Source of the DNA: Octopus vulgaris
Lineage: Eukaryota
Length of the DNA stretch: 64,000 nucleotides
Direction of reading: 5' to 3'
Assembly: GCA_951406725.2 (NCBI GenBank)
Contig: OX597819.1
Location: forward strand, 98,642,001 to 98,706,000
The position numbers and the translations under genes were made by a program. Below the pieces are notes generated by a model. It made no database searches and was not told where the DNA came from. It saw only the letters and a list, made by a program, of their open reading frames with translations. The stretch's first letter is position 1. Every line of letters begins with the position of its first letter. This document shows, one piece after another, positions 38,091 to 49,209 of this stretch.

Positions 38091-39491
38091 CACAAACACA
38101 CATATTTTACTCTATTCTTAGTGATTTAGAAATGAAGAGCAATAACCTGTGGTTGACATTTAACCCTTGGTCTACTCCAGTCGACCAAACCTATGAGCAT
38201 GAGTAGTCCCCGTTTTATTTAAGTTTAGGACTGCCTTATCTAAAATATTCTTCCGTTTGTAAAACACTAGAGCATAATTTTGATTAGTATTTCATAAAGA
38301 TTGAATGATTCTACAGTGTCTCTTTCCTGCTTAATTGAAGGGCATTAAGTACAATATGCTCAGAAGGGCATGTTTTAGACATAAATTAGAGAAGCTACAG
38401 TTTAGTGCAATACAATTTTGGGGAGACCTACCGGTTTAATCCATTCAAGAAGAGGTTTCCAAGATTTATACCTAAGTGTTTTACCTACACTATATCCAGC
38501 ATCGTGATTGGATATACGAATCAACTAATCGCTATTAAATATCGTCGTTTTGTATTACCAAGGGTAGCAATGATTCAGATCTTACTACAAGAAGTCCCTG
38601 TTAAAGTACGAAAGGATGTCTTCACACAAGCACACTAATCTTTCATCCCTGTGTGGGTTTAGTGTTTCTATAAAAATTTAACAAAGGAAGAAGGAAATGA
38701 TAAATTTCTGCTCACTAAAACCTAAAATCCAAAGTAATCCTGTACCAAAGTAGAACAATAACTAATCAACTCTGAAGATTTTATTTTTGTTTTAAGTGGA
38801 TGATGAGAGAGCTGCCCCGGGCAGGAGCCTGCGGCAACTGGTTTTGTTATTGATACAAATAAGGATAATGGTGATGTTGATGATGAATATGATGATGATG
38901 ATGACGACGACGATGGAGATGGTAGTGAGGACGAAAACGAATATAAAAATAAATATTGTAATAACTATTTTTATGAGGATGATGATGATGATGATGATAA
39001 TGATGATGATGGTGATGATGATGATGATGACGACAACGACGATGATGAGGAGGAGGATGCCGACGACAGCGGTGATGATATTGATAGTGACTGAGTGGTT
39101 GTGGTGATGAGGATGAGAACAAATATGATCATTATCCTTGTCGTCATCTTCATCCTCCTCCTCCTCATCATCATTTTGTGAATAATTATTTCATAGAGGG
39201 ATAAAGATGATATTTGTAATTAATTTCTGCTCTTTGTACATACTTATTTAAATTATCTTTGTATAGGTCTGCGAGAAAATATAATTGCAAGAAAGCCTGT
39301 AATCAACTTAATCCAATTAGTTGATAAGAACCTAACAAGTAGAAACACGTTACTCCTGTTGGATCGATCACTGAAGATCATTAGCTGAAACTTTCTCTCC
39401 ACTGACTCACATACGTCATCAACATATGGTAACATATCTTGCAGTTTCATTATATAGATTACATACATAATACATACATATATACATATTC

Positions 39492-39552
<61 letters not shown>

Positions 39553-39558
39553 TTATGC

Positions 39559-39634
<76 letters not shown>

Positions 39635-39669
39635 CTCTCTCTCTCTATATATATATATACATATATATC

Positions 39670-39960
39670 TAGACCTATATATATGGTGGTTGTCTACTCA
39701 TTATGCAGAGTTTCACCACTTCCTGTATCTATAGCTATCTGATAAGGCTTTTAAAACCAGACAATGTTTTGACAAGACACCCACATAGATTGCATATCCG
39801 ATTTGAGCTATCAAGAGATGCAGTTAGGTTCTGATTTTTGTGGATCTTAAAATATCTTTTGAGGCCTCCGTTAGAGTTGCAGACCTTCTGGCATATATTG
39901 CATTGAAATGTGTGCACAGCCATATAGGCACTTTAGTTGGTGCGGGTTCGTTTTCCATGG
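39670..39960 (-). mobile_element. LINE (RTE-like) 3' end encoding C2H2-like knuckles
   Basis: C..CQKVC.S..GL..Y...H and C..C.....T.SG.K motifs in a short isolated frame. Confidence 0.5.
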
Positions 39961-41166
39961 ATTCGGAAATGAGATTTGAGCCCAGCAAAAGAAAGGCATA
40001 TAGACAGGCAGATAAATAGATAGATAGAAAGATATGGATATAAATAATTATTTCTAAGATTCTTCTGAACCCTAGTACCTTAATGCTGAGGACATCTAGT
40101 GAGGGTCGAGATCTGCATATCTTGGTGTATACCATATACAAACACACCTGTATATACCCATAATATATAGACATATTCATACACTTACACATACAAATAT
40201 ACGCATACATGTAAATATTGATGTGCACGAAAATATATACTCATGCATACCGACATGTAGTTTCACGTCCCAATGTAAGTTCCATATACAACATAGGGAA
40301 GGAACCAGAAATGGTGTTCGCATAAAATAAGAACGAAGATGGGATAAAAGGTTCACGACAGTTGTTTTAGAAACGCTTTTTTATTAATGAATAATTTGAT
40401 TACATCATTGAAAAAGAAAACCGTTTTCTTCAGGTGAATTAAAAATTTAAAATTTGGACCCCTTATCGCTCTACCTCGTGCGGTTTTCTGCCGCCCGTAC
40501 TTTTAAGAAACCCTACGGGCTCGACCGGTCCACCGACGCCGCTTCGCAATCCACGCCGCAACCATGCCGTGATCGAGGTGAGCCAGCCAACCTCAGACGC
40601 AAAGGAGACCGGCTGCAACAGCAAACCCGGGTTTCACGTGGAGCTACGGACGATGGCTTCGGCATTCCATTTATCTTAAATGTAATGTGAATTCCAACCA
40701 ACAGGCTCATAAAACCAAACTTATCTGAATTTACAAGACACTGAAGCTCAGATAAACAAGATTATTTCACAGAACGGGACGCTAATCCGTTGTCCAGTGA
40801 ACTCCCAGATATCATGAGTTCTAATTTCCAACTGAGTGTACCGGAGCAACGTGAAGAGGGTGCTTTGCTCGAAGACTCCGCGTAAGAATCTAACGTATGG
40901 CCTAACGATGATAAGTCTAGCTCTCTAGCCAATAGACTACACACTTTCACACCTTATATAAGGGTTGATTATATTCTAAATAACAATCTTTATCATTAAC
41001 TATAAGTAATTATGGTTGGACCAAATCTTACAGATAGTCCCAAATATGCTATACATGTAGATTCTTTAATATTTATGCTGTTTTTACAATGTCTTTTGTG
41101 TATATTGTATTTTACACACGTTCTCTTAACTGTAATTTGATAATTTCTTTCACTCTTTCATCTTAG

Positions 41167-41248
41167 GCCCTGAAATTGTCACGTGGTATTCTTTTTCAAT
41201 GACTAAGTTTAGGTTAGATTTATTCCTCACGTAATTGTAAACTTATAA
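41167..41248 (+). other. Possible non-coding 5' UTR exon of the GPCR gene
   Basis: Polypyrimidine tract and tcttag acceptor ending 41166, aa|gtgagt donor at 41249, and tttcag acceptor at 41456 just before the ATG. Splice signals only; no transcript evidence. Confidence 0.35.
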
Positions 41249-41458
41249 GTGAGTCTATTCAATATCCTAGTAATTTCAAACACTGTCTTGTACTTAATAT
41301 AACTAATTAAATATTAGTTTTTCTTTCACGTTTTCCTTCTTATGCTCTGACCTGATGTGGTTTTTACTACATCAAATATCTTATGTACCTTGTAATTCTA
41401 ATATTTTAATGCTTTCATTGTTTTAATTTTATTATCTCAATTCAAACATATTTCAGTG

Positions 41459-44400
41459 ATGTTGTTCCTGGATATACTTCTTCTAATCAAGTTAACAGTG
41501 GGTGTGCACTGTTGGAAAACTTCCAATTTAACAAATAATAAGGATATGGTTGTTGCCAATAAGAATATATTAAAAACTCCAGCAAAAAAGAATATTATTA
41601 TTTCAGACAGAGAGAAATATTCGAGCAGGTTGGTAAACAACCGGAAAAGAATATCTTCAGATTTGGCAATATTTAGAAATATCTACGTAGATATGGATAT
41701 AAACAGTGTTAAACAGAAACAATTAATTTTCGAAATATTTTCTAAATTCTACAGAAAACATATGAATTGTCAAAGAAACAATTTAGATCAAAGATCGACT
41801 GAGGAAATGATATATTTTTGTAAAAAACAACTGCAAAATAAAGTGCTAAAGTTTCATAATGGTATCAAAGAGGACTTGCAAGTAAAGCCAGTCAATAAAC
41901 AAATGAAATATTTTCTAACAAAGAACAGCCAAAATCTTGCGGAAAGATTTCAGGTTTATTATAAATATAATTGGACTTTTCAAATTTGTTCTATATTTAC
42001 TGCAATGCTCAACAATAACTTCCGAAATTTTAAATTTAAAGTACAGAATTTCGTCACTACCAAATCAACGCTGAAACTTTATCTTTCAGATTTAAAAGTT
42101 TTGGAAAACGTAGCGAAATATATGCTAGACTGCGATTTGATGCTAAAGAAGAAACAGAATATTAACTCAGACTCTGAAATCCATACTGGGTTACCGGTTT
42201 TGGAAGAAGTATTACCAAATAATGTAACAAACTTTCTGGTGACAGAAGGTAGCAAGAATATAAAACCACCCGAATATTCCAAGATCAGTGTGGCACCTGA
42301 AAGTCATGAACACGTTAAAATTACAGATACAAGTATATTTGTAGATGATACTGGTAGCAAACATTTACCAGAACATACAACGCTCGGTATAGCAGAAGCG
42401 TCCTCGAGTAATAACGTGAAACTTATTGTCAATCCTGGTTCACCTGTAAACTCACCAGGAACTACTAACAAGCTTTCTACCGGAAAAACCTCTCAAGCGT
42501 CCAGTTGTTCATTTATAACACGCTTACTCACAATCCACAAACCTATTCACCATAGTTCTATTCAGATCAATAAGAATCCTTCATTAATGTTTACTAGTAA
42601 CCATGCAACAGTTCTGACATCGAATAAGGAACAACCAATATCTTCTCTTCAATATAAAATAACTTTACCAAAATTATTGACATTTTTATTTCGGAAGGAA
42701 AATTTGAAATTTAAAGAAACACCATTTATTCCGAAACACAACTACGAAGTAATCTTTTTGCCAAAGTATTCTTCCCTAGTTTCAAATATTTTAATTCGTT
42801 TCGAATTTCGTTCGAAGTATAGATCTTTCATACTGGTCATCTGTAGATCTAATCTTGTTCATCGAAGACCAAAAGTATTTTGGAATTGCAAAATTTTCAG
42901 ATATGCATATCATCAAATCAAGAAAAAATCAAAATACATAACTATCTTAATCACAGGTAGATTCTTAGTTCTTTTTCCAATAACTCGTTTAATTTTCAAA
43001 TATAACACCATTCCATTTATTTCCTGGACAAATTCGAACTCAGATTTTCAGAAATCAGTTGGAAACAATTCTCCAATCCAGACCAGTCAATGTAAATTTT
43101 CAATTAATTTATTATTGTTTTCTACTCTAGGCACAAGGCTCGAAATTTTTGAGGAGGTGGGCCAGTCCAATATATCGACCGCAGTATACAATTGGTACTT
43201 AACTTATCGACCCCGAAAGGATGAAAGGCAAAGTCGACCTCGGCGGAATTTAAACTCTGAACGTAAAGACAGGCGAAATACCGCTAAGCATTTCGCTCGG
43301 CGTCGAATCAAGTCTTTAGAGGAAATATTTTCTTCGTTCACCGGCAGGAAATTATTATTTAATGTTAAGTCAACTAATTCTGCTCTTATTCACAAATTAA
43401 TAAAAAGGGATTTAAAAAGCAGTCAGCAGTTAACATCACAAAAGACGATTCAGTCTTTTTCTAACGCGTCCAACGACCCAACCACTCCAAATTTGATAAC
43501 TTCGTCCTTGATTCACTCCTCAGCTGTGGTTACATCAAAAGAATCCACAACACAATTGCGTTCTTCAAAGGAAACAATTTTGGGGTTTTCTAATATTACC
43601 GAATTACCAAAGCAGTTGGAGAATGTTAATTCCTCAACGGTAAATTTGACACAAGCTGTTGATTTAAATAAAACATTTAACATGGTAGATATTATAATTC
43701 AACCAGCTATTTTATTTACTGGAATAATTGGCAACACCATCTCTGTTCTTGTCTTTAGATCGACGGAGTTTAAAAACGAAGTGGCTTTTTATATACCAGT
43801 GTTCCTTTCTACAATTGAAATGCTTACAGGTATAATCGTATTTTTTGACAGCGATTTTTATATTTATTTCTTTGGAGGGAAAATATCGAACCTAAATTTC
43901 ACCATGTGCAAGGCATTTCATTATCTGAAAGTTTTTGTCAAATCTACATCGGCTTGGGCAATTGCTATGATGTCAGCAGAACGGTTTATTGCGGTCAAGT
44001 TTCCATTGAAAGCTAAAATCTACATCACAAAATACAAAGTTATGACTACAGTGGTTGTTTGCTTTCTAGTTGAGATAATGCTTAATTTCTCTCAGCTCGG
44101 CATGAGGTCCTATAATAATGACCAATGCGTTAAATCTAAACCAACTCATAATATTTTGGTTATACTAATAACAATGTTTAACGGGTGGCTTATTCCAACA
44201 TCAGCCACTGTCATACTGAATATATTAATTATCATCCATCTGAGGCGACAGAGCAGGATTCGAAATACACTCACACGTGAAGATAGAAGTCAACAATTTC
44301 GACAGATTAACGTCATGCTTTTTACCATAATAATTTGCAAATTTATCTTTGAATTACCACTAATGATACAACATGTATTAACGTGGGTTCGCTATGGATT

Positions 44401-44530
44401 AAGCGATCTTTTAGATAGTGTATTTATGGCTCTTGGTTTTACACAGCATTCTATAAATGCCTTTTTGTACAGTTTTGTTTCAAAATCTTTCCGTTCTGTA
44501 ATTTTGAGATGTTTTCGAAACAAAAGCTAA
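41459..44530 (+). CDS. Class A (rhodopsin-like) GPCR, FMRFamide-receptor-like/molluscan orphan type, with signal peptide and very long (~740 aa) N-terminus; single coding exon
   Basis: Uninterrupted 3-kb ORF in AT-rich DNA. ATG at 41459 follows a tttcag acceptor. Hydrophobic leader MLFLDILLLIKLTVGVHC. 7TM region from ~43682 with GIIGN (TM1), C...AW....MSAERFIAVKFPLKAK (TM3), IP...LN (TM5), ELP (TM6), INAFLY...SKSFR (TM7/H8). Confidence 0.88.
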   Translation: MLFLDILLLIKLTVGVHCWKTSNLTNNKDMVVANKNILKTPAKKNIIISDREKYSSRLVNNRKRISSDLAIFRNIYVDMDINSVKQKQLIFEIFSKFYRKHMNCQRNNLDQRSTEEMIYFCKKQLQNKVLKFHNGIKEDLQVKPVNKQMKYFLTKNSQNLAERFQVYYKYNWTFQICSIFTAMLNNNFRNFKFKVQNFVTTKSTLKLYLSDLKVLENVAKYMLDCDLMLKKKQNINSDSEIHTGLPVLEEVLPNNVTNFLVTEGSKNIKPPEYSKISVAPESHEHVKITDTSIFVDDTGSKHLPEHTTLGIAEASSSNNVKLIVNPGSPVNSPGTTNKLSTGKTSQASSCSFITRLLTIHKPIHHSSIQINKNPSLMFTSNHATVLTSNKEQPISSLQYKITLPKLLTFLFRKENLKFKETPFIPKHNYEVIFLPKYSSLVSNILIRFEFRSKYRSFILVICRSNLVHRRPKVFWNCKIFRYAYHQIKKKSKYITILITGRFLVLFPITRLIFKYNTIPFISWTNSNSDFQKSVGNNSPIQTSQCKFSINLLLFSTLGTRLEIFEEVGQSNISTAVYNWYLTYRPRKDERQSRPRRNLNSERKDRRNTAKHFARRRIKSLEEIFSSFTGRKLLFNVKSTNSALIHKLIKRDLKSSQQLTSQKTIQSFSNASNDPTTPNLITSSLIHSSAVVTSKESTTQLRSSKETILGFSNITELPKQLENVNSSTVNLTQAVDLNKTFNMVDIIIQPAILFTGIIGNTISVLVFRSTEFKNEVAFYIPVFLSTIEMLTGIIVFFDSDFYIYFFGGKISNLNFTMCKAFHYLKVFVKSTSAWAIAMMSAERFIAVKFPLKAKIYITKYKVMTTVVVCFLVEIMLNFSQLGMRSYNNDQCVKSKPTHNILVILITMFNGWLIPTSATVILNILIIIHLRRQSRIRNTLTREDRSQQFRQINVMLFTIIICKFIFELPLMIQHVLTWVRYGLSDLLDSVFMALGFTQHSINAFLYSFVSKSFRSVILRCFRNKS
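43118..43303 (-). mobile_element. tRNA-derived SINE copy (family A), 5'-truncated, embedded in frame in the GPCR ORF
   Basis: Matches other window copies (13918-14080, 58780-58995): tttctactctaggcacaagg...ggtactta..ttatcgaccccgaaaggatgaaaggcaaagtcgacctcggcggaattt.aactc.gaacgtaaagac...gaaataccgctaagcatttcgctcggcgt. Confidence 0.95.
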
Positions 44531-44591
44531 GTAAAGACAACATATTAAAAGCAAACGCAATGAAATATTTAGTATACTTTTGTGTAGTGGA

Positions 44592-44597
44592 AATAAA
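44592..44597 (+). promoter_or_regulatory. Candidate polyadenylation signal of the GPCR gene
   Basis: AATAAA about 60 nt after the stop codon, followed by GT-rich sequence. Confidence 0.4.
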
Positions 44598-45489
44598 TGT
44601 TTGCTGACCTGAAATATTTGCAGTGGGTTTGTGTATACGCTGGTATTAAATAGCTGAAAATTATATATTGTTGTCCAGTTTGGAATATGATATGATTATC
44701 ACAAATTCAAGGCATGTATTGCTTTGTAGTCATGAGTTAAATAGTAAAACGTTGTGATGAAATTCTGTTACAGTAGAAGTATGTCATAGTTGTAATGTTG
44801 CGATGACAAGAGTAGTCACGGTTTTTTTATATGATAATGAAGCGATTGTGATGTCCTACTGGATATATCAAGGTTGTAGAGAAGGAATCTTCAGGTATTC
44901 ATTTATTGCCAGAAAAGAGCAACTAAAATATAACTAAAGCATAAAAATAAACCTTATAATGAAAGGATGCAATAGGTAACTGCAGTAAACTTTAAAACGA
45001 GGCTACAACCTCGTTCTGATAAACTTTGACGTCTGCAATAACGTTTCAAAATGATGATTGATAAAATGTAAAAATGTGATAGGATCAGTTTAAAATATAT
45101 GAAGAAAGACAAGACTTGCGGTTCTGATTGCTGAAAAATAAGTGAGCAAGATAATTAGGAGAAAATAATTGAGAAAAAAATTACAGAAAATTAAATTAAT
45201 TTGAAGTCATATTTCAACAGATTCAATATGACATCGATTACTCCAGTTCACCTAGATATAAGATGAACAGGAGTAATAAATGTTATATCATTGCAAAATA
45301 GATCAATGAAAATCTTCAATGATATCGGGTGATTTGGCATGGTTACTCTTTGTGAAGAGCAACTTAATCTTTCTCAAATTACAACCTACCTAATTGAAAA
45401 AGGAGAACAAATTAGATAATGTCACCCTTTATTCGCAATATCTCAGGGAAGGACGGCATGATCTTAACTGGAGCTAGACAACAACAACA

Positions 45490-47040
45490 AAGATATTTTG
45501 TCAAGCCCATGAGTAGTTGACTACAGCAAGGAAGAATTATAAACAGCTCGTCAATATTTTAGTCATATGTTTTATATGGGCTATCTGAAAACCTTCGCCA
45601 GCAATGATATTCGTCAGGTGATCTACTAATCACTGTGAAGAGGATCAGTAATGGTAATGCAATAGCGTTCAGATTACGTAGATGTGCTAAAGCTACATGC
45701 AATAAATATGCGCTTACTGTAACATCAAAATTACACCTTAACAGCAACACAAAAATCAAGGAACTTCATAAGAAAGACACATGAAAGTAATACCTAGGAA
45801 TAAAGGAAAGAGATGACATACAGCTTTCTGTCATGAAAGATTAAAATACAAAAAGAATATTACAGGAGAGTTAGATTGATACTAAGGACTGAACTAAAAG
45901 CATCTGACCGATATGAATCTATCAGTAGTTTTCCTATACATACGGTCACTCAGTTTTAATACAGTAAATTGAACACTGAATGATTAAAAAAAAACTAGTT
46001 ACTAAAACAAGGAAAATGCTGATAATAGCCAACACGTACCATTCAAAAGCAAAATGTTGATAGTGTTTAGCCATCAAAAGCAGAGAGAGGTGAACGTTTG
46101 ATACATCTTGAACGAAACTACCTAATCACTGATACGTATTTCTACGTATCATGTTACTATTTTTTGTAAATTATCAAACATCAGGTAAGCAAAAGAAACT
46201 ACATCCAATCAAATGTGAAGAAAATTCTCACAAAAACTGTATATCACTGAATTAAGACAAAATAAAAACTCGGCAATTTTTTGCCTATAGATTAAAACAA
46301 AAGCGGTACATCAGGGCTACAAAGAATAAGCAAAAGACAGTAAAAAGAAAGTTATGCGTGGCAAATATCCAAAAAGGCTTAAAAAGGTAGATGTTGGCCA
46401 ACAACAGACAACTAAATGATTCAAAGATATTGGATGCAAGATAGAAACGGATGGCTTTATCATCGCTGCCCGAAAACAAACTCTAAGCGTCGGTTTACAT
46501 CACTGCATCTTCAACGATGGCACAGAAAAATATTGAGAACATTTGAAAAGACCACCGTTCACATTATATCAACCGCCAGCAGACACCAGTATGCCTACAC
46601 TGGAAAATGTGTAGGGAATATGATTTCAAAATGTCTGAGAAAGAGTATGAAAATAAACCAGAAACAGTTACCATAAATGGTAACCTTACCATCTTATGGG
46701 ACATGCCAATGCAGATAGATTGGGAAATTAAAGCAAACACACCTGATATTACAATTAAAAAGTGATAAAAACCTGCATGCTGGTTGATGTGACAATACCA
46801 GCATATCTCCAGTTAAGCTTAAAGAAAAAACTGTTTCGACATAAAGAATTTGATATTGATATCTCTAAAACGTAGGACTTGAACTATGCCAGAGTAATCG
46901 GGTGTCTTGTGTTTATCAAAACGGGACTGGAAAAATCCCCCAGCAAAATTCCAGGGAAGATCACACTAAAAAAAACAACTTTTAAAATATCAAATCATTC
47001 AGGAACACCACATATAATACGGATTCTATTTTTAAAGTAG
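45490..47040 (+). mobile_element. Highly degenerate R4/Dong-type LINE fragment
   Basis: YLGI.E, ETDGFIIAA, ILWD.P...D..IKAN.PDI, L.DV.IP motifs in broken frames. Confidence 0.6.
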
Positions 47041-47107
47041 CAGCTACTTTCTACAACTCCCGGGCAACGGTTTAGATCTGGCAATACAAGATGAAATTAA
47101 GAGATTC

Positions 47108-47151
<44 letters not shown>

Positions 47152-47152
<1 letters not shown>

Positions 47153-47659
47153 TAAGACGTGGTATGAGCAAGCTCCAGAAGAAATCACCGAAAATGAGAT
47201 TTGCAAATTCCTGTGGGATGCAATGATCCAGTACGATCACCTGACCAGACATCGGAAACCGGATATGGTTGTGGTGAATAAAAAAAACCAAGAACATGTA
47301 TGATAATCGGCATAGAATGCACCGGTGACAACAGGATCAATGTGAAAAAGGAAGGAAAAATAAAGAACTATGATATTTAAAGTGGGAAATACGAAGGTTG
47401 TAATCAATGAAGAGAGTAGACATGATACCAATAGTAATTGGTACACTTGGAAGTATCAACACTCAACTGCCAACATGGCTGAAAAAGATCGGTGCAAATG
47501 TGAAGGTAGAACAGCTACAAAAATCAGCATTACTTGGAATTGCGAGAGTTCTTTGCAGAGTTCTTGAAGCATGACCAGTAAACAAGTGTCACCTTAGTCT
47601 ATTGGCTGTGGACAGCTGACACTTTCCATCGTACCCAGCAAAATAAGCTGTGAGTTTTC

Positions 47660-47660
<1 letters not shown>
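47152..47660 (+). mobile_element. Dong/R4-type LINE 3' end inserted in (AAT)n
   Basis: WYE..P....EN...K.LWD..IQ.D......KPD, IPIVIG.LG, LQKSALLG.AR.L motifs; (AAT)n on both sides. Confidence 0.8.
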
Positions 47661-47690
<30 letters not shown>

Positions 47691-47938
47691 CAGACCTAAC
47701 GTGCTAACGTGCGGTAAAAAACACTTGATAAAACGTTTGCTCATAGATAAAACATGTCTTCTCATTATTTTGTTTATTGTAATGTTGACAATAAAAATTT
47801 TACTGTAAACCATCAAATAATGTACTCTAGAATATCAGACAGTAAAATACTGTACTCTAGACTCAAGGCCATCAAATACTTTACACAAATAGATTTTGCA
47901 CTCCACCAGACAATCAAACGCTGTATAATAGACACATA

Positions 47939-49209
47939 CGAGGGGCGTTCAATAAGTAATGCCCCTGACCCACCTCCCATAGCAGTAGAGCAACGAAACT
48001 TGGCACAGTTATTAGTCTTTTTCTACATAGGAACCACCCAGAATTACGCATTTCTCCCATCGTTTGATGCAGCTCTGGAGACCGTTTTTGTAGAAGACCC
48101 CAGCTTGGTCCTCCAACCACGACGTGACTTCAGAAATCAAGGCTGCATCATCTGGGAAACGCTTTCCTTTCAAAAACAACTTCATGGCTGGGAAGAAATG
48201 AAAATCAGAGGGTGCATGGTCAGGAGAGTAGGGGGGATGGGGTAGGAGTTCATAGCCGCACGCCTGTGCTTCTGATCTGGCGACACGCGAGTTGTTGACC
48301 AGAGCGTTGTCCTGCAGGAGGAGGATGCTCTTGTGATCTTGCCCCGCCTCTTGATTTTGATAGCTTCTCTTAATTTCCTCAAAAGTGAAGCATAATAGGC
48401 TCCTGTAATTGTGGTACCCTTTGCCAGGAAATCTGTTCAGAAGACTGTGAGCATGACCTTGCCAGCGGAGGACTGCACCCTTGCCTTCTTTGGATGAGGT
48501 GAGTCACGGTGCTTCCACTGCATTGACTGGGCTTTGGTCTCTGGATCATAGTGATGGACCCAGGTTTCATCCTGTGTAGTCAGTCTTTTGAAAAAGTTTG
48601 ACTCATCTTCTTGACACATCTCCAAATTCATCCTCGAGCACTCGACGCGTTCTTGCTTCTGGAAAGGTGTGAGCAATCTGGGAATCCATCTGGCAGACAC
48701 CTTTTGCTTATGCAAATGGTCATGAATGATAGTTTTCACAGACCCGGTACTAATCTTGACCTCATGGGTTATTTGGCGACTAGTTATGCGTCGATCTTCC
48801 AAAATGGCAGCCTCAACTTGACGGACAGATGCCTCATCAATGGCAGAAGGGGGGCGACCAGATCTGGGAGCTGTTTCCACAGAGTTCCGACCATGTTTGA
48901 ATTCACGATGCCAGCGTTTTACAAGGTCATATGATGGGGCATCATCACCATAAGTTACTTTCATTTCATCAAAAGTCTCCCGTGGTGTGCGTCCTTTCAA
49001 ATACAAAAACCGGATCACTGCTCGGCACTCAACAGCCTCCATTTCACAATTGACTCAGTTCAAACACCTCTAAATAAGAAACTACAATTAGTTCAAAGCT
49101 GTAATTTGCCATTTAATCTATAGAGATATATATAATTGCACATGAAAAATTCAAGCTAGATCAAACAACTGCAAATGGATCAGGGGCATTACTTATTGAA
49201 CGTCCCTCG
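47939..49209 (-). mobile_element. Near full-length mariner, same family as 10155-11424, inverted and inactivated
   Basis: Same TIR sequence and TA flanks; ORF 48437-49042 with ARWIPRLLT and QDETWVHHYDPETK; deletion after KVMLTVF. Confidence 0.95.

Noticed and set aside
38796-39174. Met/His/Ser-rich ORFs
   Set aside because: Derived from (GAT)n microsatellite; the short GC-rich start has no recognisable homology
39735-39923. C2H2 zinc-finger gene
   Set aside because: Isolated, degenerate knuckles without linkers; better explained as a LINE C-terminal remnant
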